Positions 11,189 to 22,391 of a DNA stretch of 48,911 nt are shown here, in pieces. Numbering within the stretch: the first letter of the stretch is position 1; every line of letters begins with the position of its first letter. Under the pieces are notes generated by a model, which saw only the letters and a program-made list of their open reading frames with translations, made no database searches and was not told the DNA's origin. The DNA is taken from NCBI GenBank assembly GCA_004431415.1, contig QPMI01000466.1, forward strand, positions 1 to 48,911, given 5' to 3'. A program made the translations under genes and the position numbers. The stretch comes from Cyanophora paradoxa CCMP329. Taxonomy: Eukaryota; Plantae; Glaucophyta.

Positions 11189-13707
11189 CTAAAAGGGGGA
11201 CTGTACTCCGTACATCAAATTAAGAAAAATTCGCTCGTCCCGGTTCAGCTTGACCTTGCCGCTGGCGATGAGTAAGGGATCAGGGAGTCGGACCATTGAC
11301 ATGGTCACGGTGAGCCGGCCGTCGGTCTGGAGAGCCAACATCGTCATAAGTGCACGGGCACGGGCATCCGAGAGTCGCGGGTCAAAGGAGCAGTCGCGAA
11401 TTTGGACAGACGCCGCGCATTGGAGCATAGTCTCCAGCAGCTTCTCCGACAGACTCGCCAGTGGAAAGCTACCGACAAGCGTAAGGTCGCGGAAAGCGTA
11501 ATAACGCGGGATAATTATATAAAGCAACGCACGTATCGAGCACGACATCGACTGTGCGGTCGGGGCGCCGCCGAAGCACGCCAGCCACAAGGTCCATCAA
11601 GCTACTAGAGACCGCAGACAAGGATCCACGAAAGTTCGTCAGCTGGAGGACGGCACGTCCACTGCGCGCCAAAAGGACGTCAACGGCCTGCGCCGCGGTG
11701 AGTAAGCCAACGAGTGGCCAGGTGCAAGCAAGCGTGCGGGAAGCTGCGCACCTCTGTCAACAGCTCAGGTTCCACCTGTTTATCGTCCAAGTTCTCGACC
11801 TCGTCGTCCTGGTACTCGTCGTAGTAGAGCGATGCGTGGAAGGCTAAGCGCTGGAAAATGAGCAGGGCGCAGGGGAGCGTGAAAGCCGGCTTTGGGAGCT
11901 CCGGCATGGCTGCTGCAACTTTCTTGGCGAAGTCGGGCGCTGACAGGCAGGCTAGATTAATGATTCGATCAATGGTGTGGCGACCGCGAACGACAACGCC
12001 GCCCTTGACCACAAGCGCCTTGTTCTGGTTCAGGCTGGCGCTCCTCGTGATCAGGAAAGTTTGGAGCTGCTCGATTGGGGGACAGTCCGTCATCGTGAGG
12101 CCTAGCTGCGAGGGGAGATTTCATGATCAGAAAAAATGCCGGCGAGAGCGACCGCAAGCTTGAAGCGGCGCCTTGCCTCCTCAATGTTGTGCGAGCGGGG
12201 CTCGTGGACAACAAGGGGCCACGCATCCCAGAAGCCATAGTCGCCAACGTAGACATGAACGGGGAGCTCTTCGAATTCGGGCTCGTCATCCTCTTCGGAT
12301 TCGGTCGGCTCATCGTCCTCTTCAGATTTACTCAGCTCGTCGTCCTCTTGTCGCTCTGCTTGTCTGATCGTCGGTATCATTGCTGCCCGTCCGTTGATGT
12401 GAGGGTCGGTGTAGAACTTAACGTCGACGGAGATGACGTTGGGAAAGCGAACAGAATGGCCTGCCCAGTTCACCATCGCGCTGACAAACTCGCCAGAGCA
12501 CATGTGCGTGCTCCAATCGCAGGAGGACTCGCCCAGCTCGGGGACAACGCAGAAGACTACGTTCTTGACGCACGGAATCGCAATTGATTCATCGCCAGGA
12601 CAGCCCGAGGGCTCCTCTGTCCCAAGAACAGCCTCCGTTCCTCCGCGCGCGAAGGCTTCGCCGACGAGGATGATCACAGTCTCGGTGTCAGTGAAAAAAT
12701 TCTTCAGGGCCAGAAGCACCTGTACATGTATCACAGCCTCGCATGATTTGGCGCCAGGGTGGGAGGTGGTTCTGACTCACACCGCAAAAGTTCTTGACGC
12801 TGTCCACCATAACAGGGCTTACTCCCGACAAACATGATGTGGCGCCACTGATGACCTCGGCGGCGCGCTCATGGTGCGTGAGGACGCGATCGCGAACGTT
12901 GAGCGTTGAGCGAACGTCGGGCATCGATAGAGATTCGTCGCCCCTGAGGAAAAAGCCCAGGCTCGTGGGTCGCCATCCGTGAACTCGCAGGTCCAGCTGC
13001 GGCGCAATGAAGTGAGCGTGGCACTCACCGGGAAGCACCGTATGCGTACGCGCACCGCGGTGTATATGAACTTGCAGCTGATCCGAAAGGCGAACAAATC
13101 CCTCGTGTTGGCGATGAATGCGGCTATAAACACAATGAGGTCGCGTGGCAGCTGCTGGACCGGCGCTGTGAGGGGCGAAAGGACGAGTACGGAGCGCGGC
13201 ACGGAGCGCGGCACGGCGTGTGTGCGCACACAGCAAATGGACCCGGAAATGGCATCCGTCGCCTGCAAGCGAGGTCGGGCGAGTCAAACATACTGAAAGC
13301 GAGCGCCACTTGCTTTCGCTGCCACAGGCGCACCTCCTGTCTGGCAATTGGCGGAACAATGACCGTTGCCTTGATCGCTGCCGTGTCCTAGCGACAATAG
13401 CGACATTATTGACCGCAGGCCTTCGGAAACGCTGCGCACCTCTGCTTTGCATGCGGCTGCAGCCGCGGCCGTGCGCGCCCCCAAGCTGGCGGCGACTGGC
13501 GACGCATTCTCCTGCGCATACAGCTCCGCTGTCTCGAGCTCCTGCTCGACGATCTGCGGGCAGGCGACGCGGTCTGAGTCGACACGGTCAGGTCGGCTAG
13601 TCTGTACGTGTGTGCACCATCAACGCTGACCGCCGCCGCTTCGCGATCGCTCGATGCGCTGCTGACTTAAGTTGAGCTGACGACTTGTGCGGAAAGCTCG
13701 AGCTCAT
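11189..13707 (-). CDS. F-box protein of a different type, sharing its 5' exon with paralog A; possibly a pseudogene
   Basis: LPRDLIVFIAAFIANTRDLFAFRISCKFIYTAVR (F-box-like, ~13060-13150); downstream ORFs 12102-12734, 11680-12093 and 11189-11590; acidic ESEEDDEP repeats at ~12280-12350. Confidence 0.55.
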
Positions 13708-13819
13708 GATCGGACCTAGTACAGGGACTCCCGGGAAGAGAGCTCGAGATATCGATGGCCCGCTAGCTATATCTTGCGTGCAACGCTTTAGTGCAAGTGC
13801 GCTGTGCACGCACGTGTAC

Positions 13820-14010
13820 TAGTACTAGCTTAGTATAGTCGTAGGCGCTGCGTGTGCAGTTGTATCTTTCGGAGAAGCCAGTATCCCGGGGGCTCGCCGT
13901 TTCGGCGCAGCGGTTTGATGGAAACGGCGGAAACTTCAATTGCAGTTATATATATATAACACCCGTGCATGTGCATCAGCTACATTGATACGTAAACGGG
14001 CCAGGTCCAT
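13820..14010. promoter_or_regulatory. Repeated upstream module of the F-box genes (also at ~11000-11090 and ~16795-17008)
   Basis: GTAGGCGCTGCGTGT..TCGGAGAAG.CAGTATCCCGGGGGCT.GCCGTTTCGGCGCAGCGGTTTGATGGAA lies directly 5' of three minus-strand F-box genes. Regulatory function is inferred from position only. Confidence 0.55.
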
Positions 14011-14399
14011 GCCAGTATACGTACTCTCGATTCCTCCTACGATTTGATCAGCAGTACGATTTCTCCTGCAGCAGCACGACCTCGAGCTCCGCCTCCACCT
14101 CTCGAGACTTCGTATCCGATCGCTAGCCTTCCTCTTAAAGCTTGCGATATCGATCGAGGCTGCTCGAGCTCAACTTTACAAGCTTCGAAACACGAACAAG
14201 CACATGTATACGGACATGCACCATGTGCCGGATCCAGCAATACTAGTCCAGACTAATTATATAATTATATATCTATATAAAATTCTTTGGCCGGAGCCGC
14301 GAAAAGCATACGTGATGCTGGCTGGCAGTGCGACTCGCCATTCATTACGATTACAACTCATACGTTAACATGAGCAAGCACGCGCCCCTCTTCACGTCC

Positions 14400-16766
14400 G
14401 TTTTCCAAAGTAATTCTTGACGGGAACACCAAGTGCACTCTCCAGGTCCTGCCCACGCAGCGCACATTAGACAAGCTCGAAAGAAGCTTCAGCAGGTATG
14501 GTGATTTGAAAAGTTGCAGTGATTCCGCACTTCTAGCAGAGCACGTTGCTTGGCCAGTTCGTCCTCGTCATCCTCACATTCGTCATCCACCACTTCAGCC
14601 CGAAAACAGCGGAGACCGGAGCTTCGAAAAGCAGACGTGATGCTGGCTGGCAGTGGCAGAGACAGCATGCCATAGCCACCAACAGCGAGCTCCTTCAGCC
14701 CCGTCATTTCTGTTGCGATTCGCTGAAACCGGATGAGGGCTAAACATGGGGACCAAAGTCATTCGAAGTCTTGCGCTTAAACTTGGGCATCGCTTAAACT
14801 TGGGGAGGAGCCACTCTATGTCTTACCAAGAGAAGGGCGGGTGGATAAACAAACTCTTCATTCCCTGAACCAGTGTGCCAGATGTCAAGCATTTTAATGC
14901 TGCACCAGGCAGCCAACGACCGTTCCGCCAGGGCATGAAAAAGCTCGCCATAATAATCCACCAAATCGAGTTCCTGTGCATGCGCTCCATAGTCAGCAGG
15001 AAGCTCTTCTGGTCTTGGTAGCAAAAAGGGCTGATCACCTCAAGCGCTGTGAATTGCAGGAGGGTGTCGGCTGCAGTAGTAGCTGCTTCTTTGTTGCTGT
15101 TGTTGTATTCAATGTAGACGTGGCGCAGATGAGAGGCGAGAAATCGGAGCCCGTGTAAATTGCATGTTTCCCCGAAATCGAGTGCCACCAGGCGAGTGAG
15201 TGGAGCAAGGACAGATGGACAGCCATGGAAATATCCCTGGAAGCTAAGCGCTGTGCAATTATAGTATGGACAAAAAGTAAAAAGCACGACGAGAGTACAG
15301 ATACAGAACACATGATCCGGATGCGCGCACATCGGAGGGACGTCAGGGAAGCGAGTGGGCTCAGGGCAAGATCGTCGTGAATGGAGAAGTGGAGGTGCTC
15401 AAGGGTCGATGAGAGTGCAGCAAGGGGCTCAAGGCTCGATAATTTGGCAAAACGATTGAAGCAGAGTCCAAACGCTGCACATGAGCATAAAGGAGTAGTG
15501 AACACACAGCATTTTAAAGAGTGTGAGCAGCAGGAACAATACTCACATTGAAGTGAAGTGAGAGAAGCGAGGGGAGCAAGGTCCACAGGAACAACAACAT
15601 GCGAAGCATCTTGCACAGGGCGAAAATCGACATCGGATTTAAGCAAGAGGCGATGCAGCCCTGGAAAGACCGCAGCAATCGCAGAGACCGTGTCCGAGTA
15701 GACAGAAGAGATAATCAACGGGACTTGTACAGTTGCCTGGAGCTCCATAAGGGCGAGCGGCGAGAGGGCGGAGAATGCGGCCGGGTGAAGTGGGGTGGAC
15801 AGGTTGAGACAGCTGAGCTGCAGAAGAGATGCGAGTGGTGATACATGCTGGACATCTAGGCGTTCACAGTGCGGATAAACAGTCAGGCGAAGGCCCGGAG
15901 AGCGCGGAACCAGCCTATTCCAGCCAGGGAGAAGGCGGGGAAGGAATGATCCGCGCCCTGCGATCGAGTGTCAACAGGACAAGCAGTTGAAGGCACCCCA
16001 GTTCAGGTGTGGCATCGAGAGCTCCAGATCCCGTGCAAACCTTTTTGTTGAGCACAACGTCGAGCTCTTCAATCCCATCCGTGCGAGCCGCGCTTTCGCA
16101 CGCGCGGCGGAGCACGGCCTCCACTCGCTCGCTCGTTGACGTTGGAGCTCGAGCATCGTCGAAACAGAGCTCCAGCCGCCCGCGCGGCGCCGCGCCGGGC
16201 GCCTCCAGCACCCGCCTGATCGCGCGGCACACTCTCCGCAGGCGGCACAGCTGCTTCAAGTCGGCAAGCTGCTGCTGGGGCTCGGGAGACTTGGCGCGGA
16301 GCTTTTCCTCCCACTGGGTGGCGCACGGGGCCAGCGAATCGCTGCTGCCATACTTAGGCAAGCACGCAAGACGAAGGATGCGGAGAAGCAGCGCGTCGGG
16401 AAGGCTGAGAAGCGAAGGCGCCGGCCGCTGCGGATGCTGTTAGCTTTACGGTCATAGACGCGAGTACGGAAGTGGGCGCACGTCCTGCTGGGCGGGCTGC
16501 ACCAACCGCGCTTCCTGATTATCTGACCGCCGCCGCTTCGCTTGATCTGCTCGACCCTCTCTTCTCGCGCCCGCTGGACCGCCTACGCCTAACGCTGCTG
16601 CCGGGTGCCGCAGGTCATGCTGCCGCTCCGACTGCTGTCGCTGATCATTTGCTGCTTCCCGCAGTCCCGCCTCTGGCCGAGAATGAGCCGAATACTCGAT
16701 GCCGAGAATCGGTTGAGGCCATAGCGAATCATCCCATAGCGAATCATCCATAGCGAACCAGGCCAT
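14400..16766 (-). CDS. F-box/LRR protein, paralog B (multi-exon)
   Basis: Same exon/intron layout as A; LLSLPDALLLRILRLACLPK...DLKQLCRLRRVCRAIRRVL followed by LRR exons. The 3' end is approximate. Confidence 0.8.
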
Positions 16767-17099
16767 AGTATACGTAGCTATACGTATATAGCTAGTACTA
16801 GTACTAGCTTAGTATAGTCGTAGGCGCTGCGTGTACAGTTGTATCTTTCGGAGAAGTCAGTATCCCGGGGGCTTGCCGTTTCGGCGCAGCGGTTTGATGG
16901 AATTCGAAACGGCCGAAACTTCAATTGCAGTTATATATATATATAACACCCGTGCATGTGCATCAGCTACATTGATACGTAAACGGGCCAGGTCCATGAC
17001 AGTACTCTCGGGCCAGGGATCATCAGAACGATTCGTCATTCATTACGCCTGTACATGCACCGGTACAAGCAAGACTACTCTAGACTAAAATTCTTTGGC

Positions 17100-19179
17100 C
17101 GAAGTTGTTCAGTAATCCTCTACTTCCAGGCCGAGTGCACTCTCCAGGTCCTGCGCATGCAACTCACATTACGCAAGCTCGAGGGAAGATTCAACAGGTA
17201 TCGAGACTTGAGAAGTTGCAGTGATTCCGCACTTTTAGCAGAGCACGTTGCTTGGCCAGTTCGTCCTCGTCGTCCACACAGTCACTTATGACTTCAGCCC
17301 GAAAACAGCGGAGACCGAGGCTTCGAAAAGCAGACGTGATGCTGGATGGCAATGGCAGGGCAGCGTGCCATAGCCACCAACAGCGAACTCCTTCAGCCCC
17401 GTCATTTCTGTTGCGATTCGCTGAAACCGGATGAGGGCTAAACATGGGACCAAAGTCATTCGAAGTCTTACAAAGAGAAGGGCAGAAGGTAGACTGACGG
17501 ATGCAAAACTATTAATGTCAAACATTTTAATGTTGCGCCAGGCAGCCAACGACCGTTCCGCCAGGGCATGCAAGAGCCCGCCATAACGATCCACGTGTAC
17601 CAAGCTCAGTTCCTGTGCATGCGCTCCACGGTCAATGGGAAGATCTTCAGCGCTTGGCAACAAAAAGGGCTGATTACCTCAAGCGCGGTGAATTGCAGGA
17701 GGGTGTCGGCTGCAGTAGTAGCTGCTTCTCTGTTGCTGTTGTTGTATTCAAGGTGGAGGAAGCGTAGGCGAGGGGCGAGAGATTGAAGTCCATTTAAATT
17801 TCTAATAGGCCGATTCTGAGAGCCTCCAGATGAGTAAGTGGAGCGAGAAGAGATCGAGAGACATGGAAAGCTCCAAGAGGCTGAGCGCTGTGCAGAATGA
17901 GAAGGGACAAAGTAAGAAGCATGAAGAGAGCAGAGATACACAAAACATCAACATTTGGATGCACGCACATCGGAGGGACGTCAGGGAAGCGAGTGGGCTC
18001 AGGTCAAGGTCCTTGTTTACGCGGAGTTTGAGGTGCTTGAGGGTCGATGAGAGTGCAGCGAGGGGCTCAAGGTTCGATAATTTGGCAAAACAATTGAAGC
18101 AGAGTCCAAACGCTGCACATGAGCATGAAGGATTAGTCAACGCACAGCATTTTGAAGAGTGCCAACAGCAGGAGAAATACTCGCATTGAAGAGAAGTGAG
18201 AGAAGCTATATGAACATGGTCCATAAAAACATTATCATACGCCCGATCTGTCGCTGCGTCGGATCCAAGCAAGAGCCGCTGCATCCCTGGGAAAGCCCCC
18301 GCAATCCTAGAGAGTGTGTCTGTGTAGACAGAAGGGGTGCTTGACAGGACGTGTACAGTTGCCTGGAGCTGGGTGAGGGGGAGTGGCGAGAGGGCAGAGA
18401 ATGCGGCCGGGTGAAGTGGAGTGAATAGACTGAGACAGCTGAGCTGCGGGAGATATGCAAGTGGTGATACATGCTGGAAATCTAGAGGTTCGCATCTGGG
18501 GAGACCGTCCCGCTTAACGTGAAGACGAATGGCCCGGAGAGAGTCAAAGTGGCGTAGTGCATCCAGGGAGAACGCAGGAAAGGGCAGACCTCCGCCCTGC
18601 GATCGAGTGTCAACAAGACAAGCAGTTGCACCCGAGTTAAGGCGTGGCATCGAGAACTCCAGATCCCGTGCAAACCTTTTTGTTGATCACAACGTCGAGC
18701 TCTTCAATCCCATCCGTGCGAGCCGCGCTCTCGCACGCGCGGCGGAGCACGGCCTCCACTCGCTCGCTCGTTGACGTTGGAGCTCGAGCATCGTCGAAAC
18801 AGAGCTCCAGCCGCCCGCGCGGCGCCGCGCCGGGCGCCTCCAGCACCCGCCTGATCGCGCGGCACACTCTCCGCAGGCGGCACAGCTGCTTCAAGTCGGC
18901 AAGCTGCTGCTGGGGCTCGGGAGACTTGGCGCGGAGCTTTTCCTCCCACTGGGTGGCGCACGGGGCCAGCGAATCGCTGCTGCCATACTTAGGCAAGCAC
19001 GCAAGACGAAGGATGCGGAGAAGCAGCGCGTCGGGAAGGCTGAGAAGCGAAGGCGCCGGCCGCTGCGGATGCTGTTAGCTTTACGGTCATAGACGCGAGT
19101 ACGGAAGTGGGCGCACGTCCTGCTGGGCGGGCTGCACCAACCGCGCTTCCTGGTTATCTGACCGCTGCCGCTTGTGCAT
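17100..19179 (-). CDS. F-box/LRR protein, paralog C (multi-exon)
   Basis: Starts MHKRQRSDNQEAR (ATG at 19179); 18645-19155 is essentially identical to 16010-16520 of B; LRR exons follow. Confidence 0.8.
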
Positions 19180-19373
19180 CGAGCTCTCCGAAGTAAAGCT
19201 GTACCCCAATTTGGCTTTCAAGTTTCAACTGCGCATGCGCAAGCTCAAGTTAACTGCCCTGTGCATGCAGCTGCCCTATAGCTAGGCTAGCCCCAGCTGC
19301 TTAAGCACAATACTAATGCCGGTGCGCATACGAACCTCGAGCCGTCGCGGGACTGCGCGCGCGCATTCTCATC

Positions 19374-21660
19374 GTGAGTGCTCTGCGGCACCCGCGCGCG
19401 GCTCCGGCGCCGCAGGCGTTAGGCGTAGGCGGTCCAGCGGGCGCGAGAAGAGAGGGTCGAGCAGATCAAGCGAAGCGGCGGCGGTCAGATAATCAGGAAG
19501 CGCGGTTGGTGCAGCGTGTTCAGCTGGACGTGCGCCCACTTCCTTACTCGCGTCCATGACCGTAAAGCTAACAGCATCCACAGCCTCCGGCGCCTTCGCT
19601 CCTCGATCTGCCCGACGAGCTTCTTCTCCGCATCGGCAGTCTGGCGTGCTCGGTCCCGGAATTCGAATCCAGCGCCGTTGTCGACTATGGCTGTTGTGGG
19701 CACGCTGAGGCAATGCTCCGCGCATTATCCTCCACGCGTATACGCACGTCGAATTTTCGGGATTTGCGAACAGACCTCGAACAACTACAGCGTCTGAAGG
19801 CTGTGTGCAAGCGCTTGAGAGTGCTGGATTTCCGCGTAAAGCGGGCGTCGCTCTGCAAGAAGTTCCCTCCCAATTTTCCCATGGAAGAGATTGATGTGAC
19901 CTCGGCGCTGGACATCGCGTGCAGGAGGGGAGCGAGCACGGCCAGCCAGATCGAGGATCTTGAAGTCGTTCTCGAATCGGTGCACTGGCAGGGAGCCCAC
20001 TGCAGCGCAAGCAGCCGGCAACTGAACACGCGCAGGAATCAATTTATGAGCGGCAATTCCCGCCGTTCAGCCTGAGGCCGCTTAGACATTTCATTTTGAA
20101 GTCTCCAGCTCTGAGCGCCATCCGATTGAAGGCATACGGCGGCGAAATCATCCTCAAGCAAAAGCATGTTTCCTTCCTCGCCAAGCTTCCCAAGCTGTCC
20201 TGTCTCGGCTTGCACATGGAGAGTGATCGCTTGTCGCTTTCCTTCGGAGCTTTCGAGCGCATAGCCACGCAGGAGCACCGACTCACTGAATTCAAGGCGA
20301 CCATCGTTGAGACTGCTGCAGAGCGTGGTCGGATTGAGGGGGACTTCGTGAACAATGTGTTTTTCGGCCTTGCTATGCATAACCTGTCGGGCGTGAGTAG
20401 ATTGCATCTACGGATAAAATCGGAATTTGAACCCTATCAAGTAACGTTCCACGACAACGCTCTACTTCCCCTTGCCCGCCTTCCCCTTACCGGTGCCCCC
20501 TGCAGCTGCTTCTTGTGCCGCACAGCCTCCTCTCATGCTCGCTTGGTTGTAGCTCTTGCCCTCGAATTTGACTTGCAACCCTCAACCGATGATGATGGCA
20601 TTTTTAACCTCTGGTCGTACTCTCTCGAGTCTGTTTCCAGCAGGCTCACGCGACTCGAGCACCTTGCCCTCAAGCCTCGCGACTATATGGACCTTGAACC
20701 CCTCGGCCAGATAACAACTCTCAAATGTGCAGTCAGACCCTTCCCCTTCCTTCCAGGCCTTTGATTTCTGATGCGGGATGATGTGTAGCACTGTCCCTGA
20801 CAAGCATACCTGAGGATCGTGATAGGATCGATGCATTGACGGTCCGAAATCTGGCTTTCCTTGAAAAGCTCATCTACTTGGAGTCGCTGGAGCTCCACAT
20901 GGGCCCAGAAAGCTGCCTCCAGGACCTCTGCTGCCTCCAGCCCCGCCTTCGCTGCCTCCATCTTGTGATGTACGACACGACGAGCAACATCACTCTTGCC
21001 GAATTGCTTCTTGGCTTCACGAAGCTCGAGGCAGGTCCTCTCTCCGGTCTCCTTGAGATAGCTTCAGATCCCCACCTGCTTATCTCCAATTCTGCTGCAG
21101 ATTCTGGAGCTTGCGCTTGATTACACTCTCATGAGGACGCTCACCGCTCGGGCATGGGGCAACTGGCACACTGTCCGCTTTCTTCGAATGTACACAGAAT
21201 CTGAAGACCCGTTTCTTTGTCCCGGCCGGCTTATTGGCAATGAGCTCAGGAAGCAGTTTGACTGCCTGCTGAAGGTGCGACCACGTGCTACGCCTACTGC
21301 CCTTGAGTCTGCCTGCATTCACATGCCGTACATGTCGATTTCAGCGAATTGCTCAGAGCATGACAAGCCTACGGGACCTGACTCTAGCAGGCGACATTTG
21401 GTTACCCCTTCCAATGAACCAAGCCATCATTAAAGACATCCGAGGTCGACTATGGCGACTTTGTGCTCCCATGGTCTGGTTCGACAGCAACGATGAAAAC
21501 TACGAACTGGGACCCGACTCGCCCATCCCTGGTCATGTGCTGAAAGTCAGTCCCCGATCCTCGTCAAGCCCAACGTTCCCATGACTCCTCGTGCAGGACG
21601 TGGAGGCTGCTCTTCAGTGTAAAATCCAACGACTGTGACCCGCAGCCTGGGCAGCTGTTT
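19374..21660 (+). CDS. F-box/LRR protein, divergent paralog D, head-to-head with C
   Basis: Shared exon 1 (AKRRRSDNQEARLVQ), same intron, then SLLDLPDELLLRIGSLA...DLEQLQRLKAVCKRLRVL and LRRs (LAKLPKLSCLGL, LTRLEHLAL, LEKLIYLESLEL). No in-frame ATG found; in-frame TGA at 20073. Confidence 0.75.
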
Positions 21661-22391
21661 CCTCTGTTTCCATCTTCAGAATCAGATCTTTTGTGGTCTT
21701 TATATGTAGATCTGTTCCAGAGTAGCTTTGCAGCGTGCCACTATATCGACAATACCTATACCTTCTATACCATCGGCCCCTGCCTCTCCCCCACACGGGG
21801 AGAGGCCTTGGCCCCTGCCTCTCCCCCGCACGGGGTCCTCGCGCACCGGCACCGTCAAGGGGGTGACACAGCTATATATGCACGTCGTCTTTTGATGTAG
21901 ATCTATTGACCTTCGAACGTTCCGGCCAGTTTACGGTCACAGGAATTTGGGCTCTAGATCTGCAGCCGCTGAGCTGATCATGAGGCCACCGTAACGTGAA
22001 AACGTTAACATTCAAATGATATATATCGGGATGCTTATGTACACTTGCATAATATGAGGTTTAGCTTTAGAGAATCAGTGACCCACTGATCATGATCATG
22101 AGACGCCTTCACTGAGTCATGCATGGGCCGCATCCCGCGCAATGCTCCCGCCGCCCTCACGCCCCGCACCCCAGCACCCCGCCCCCGGCCCGCCCCTCAT
22201 GATCAGCGCCCTCCCCGGCCCCGCCCTCGGGCCTGTACAGCACCCCGCCCCCACCGCCGCCCAGGGCCCCTCGTGCCCCTCTCGAGCTCTAGATATCGAT
22301 CTGCGCTTGCGCTCTTCGAATTCCCCCTGTCATGATCACTCATCATGATCATTTTTCAATATCAATCAATATCATCTTCTATAAATATCTG

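Noticed and set aside
22075-22100. CACTG at 22084 as the left TIR of the CMC element
   Set aside because: The sequence after CACTG does not match the right-end TIR (CACTGGGAGACAG) and there is no TSD.
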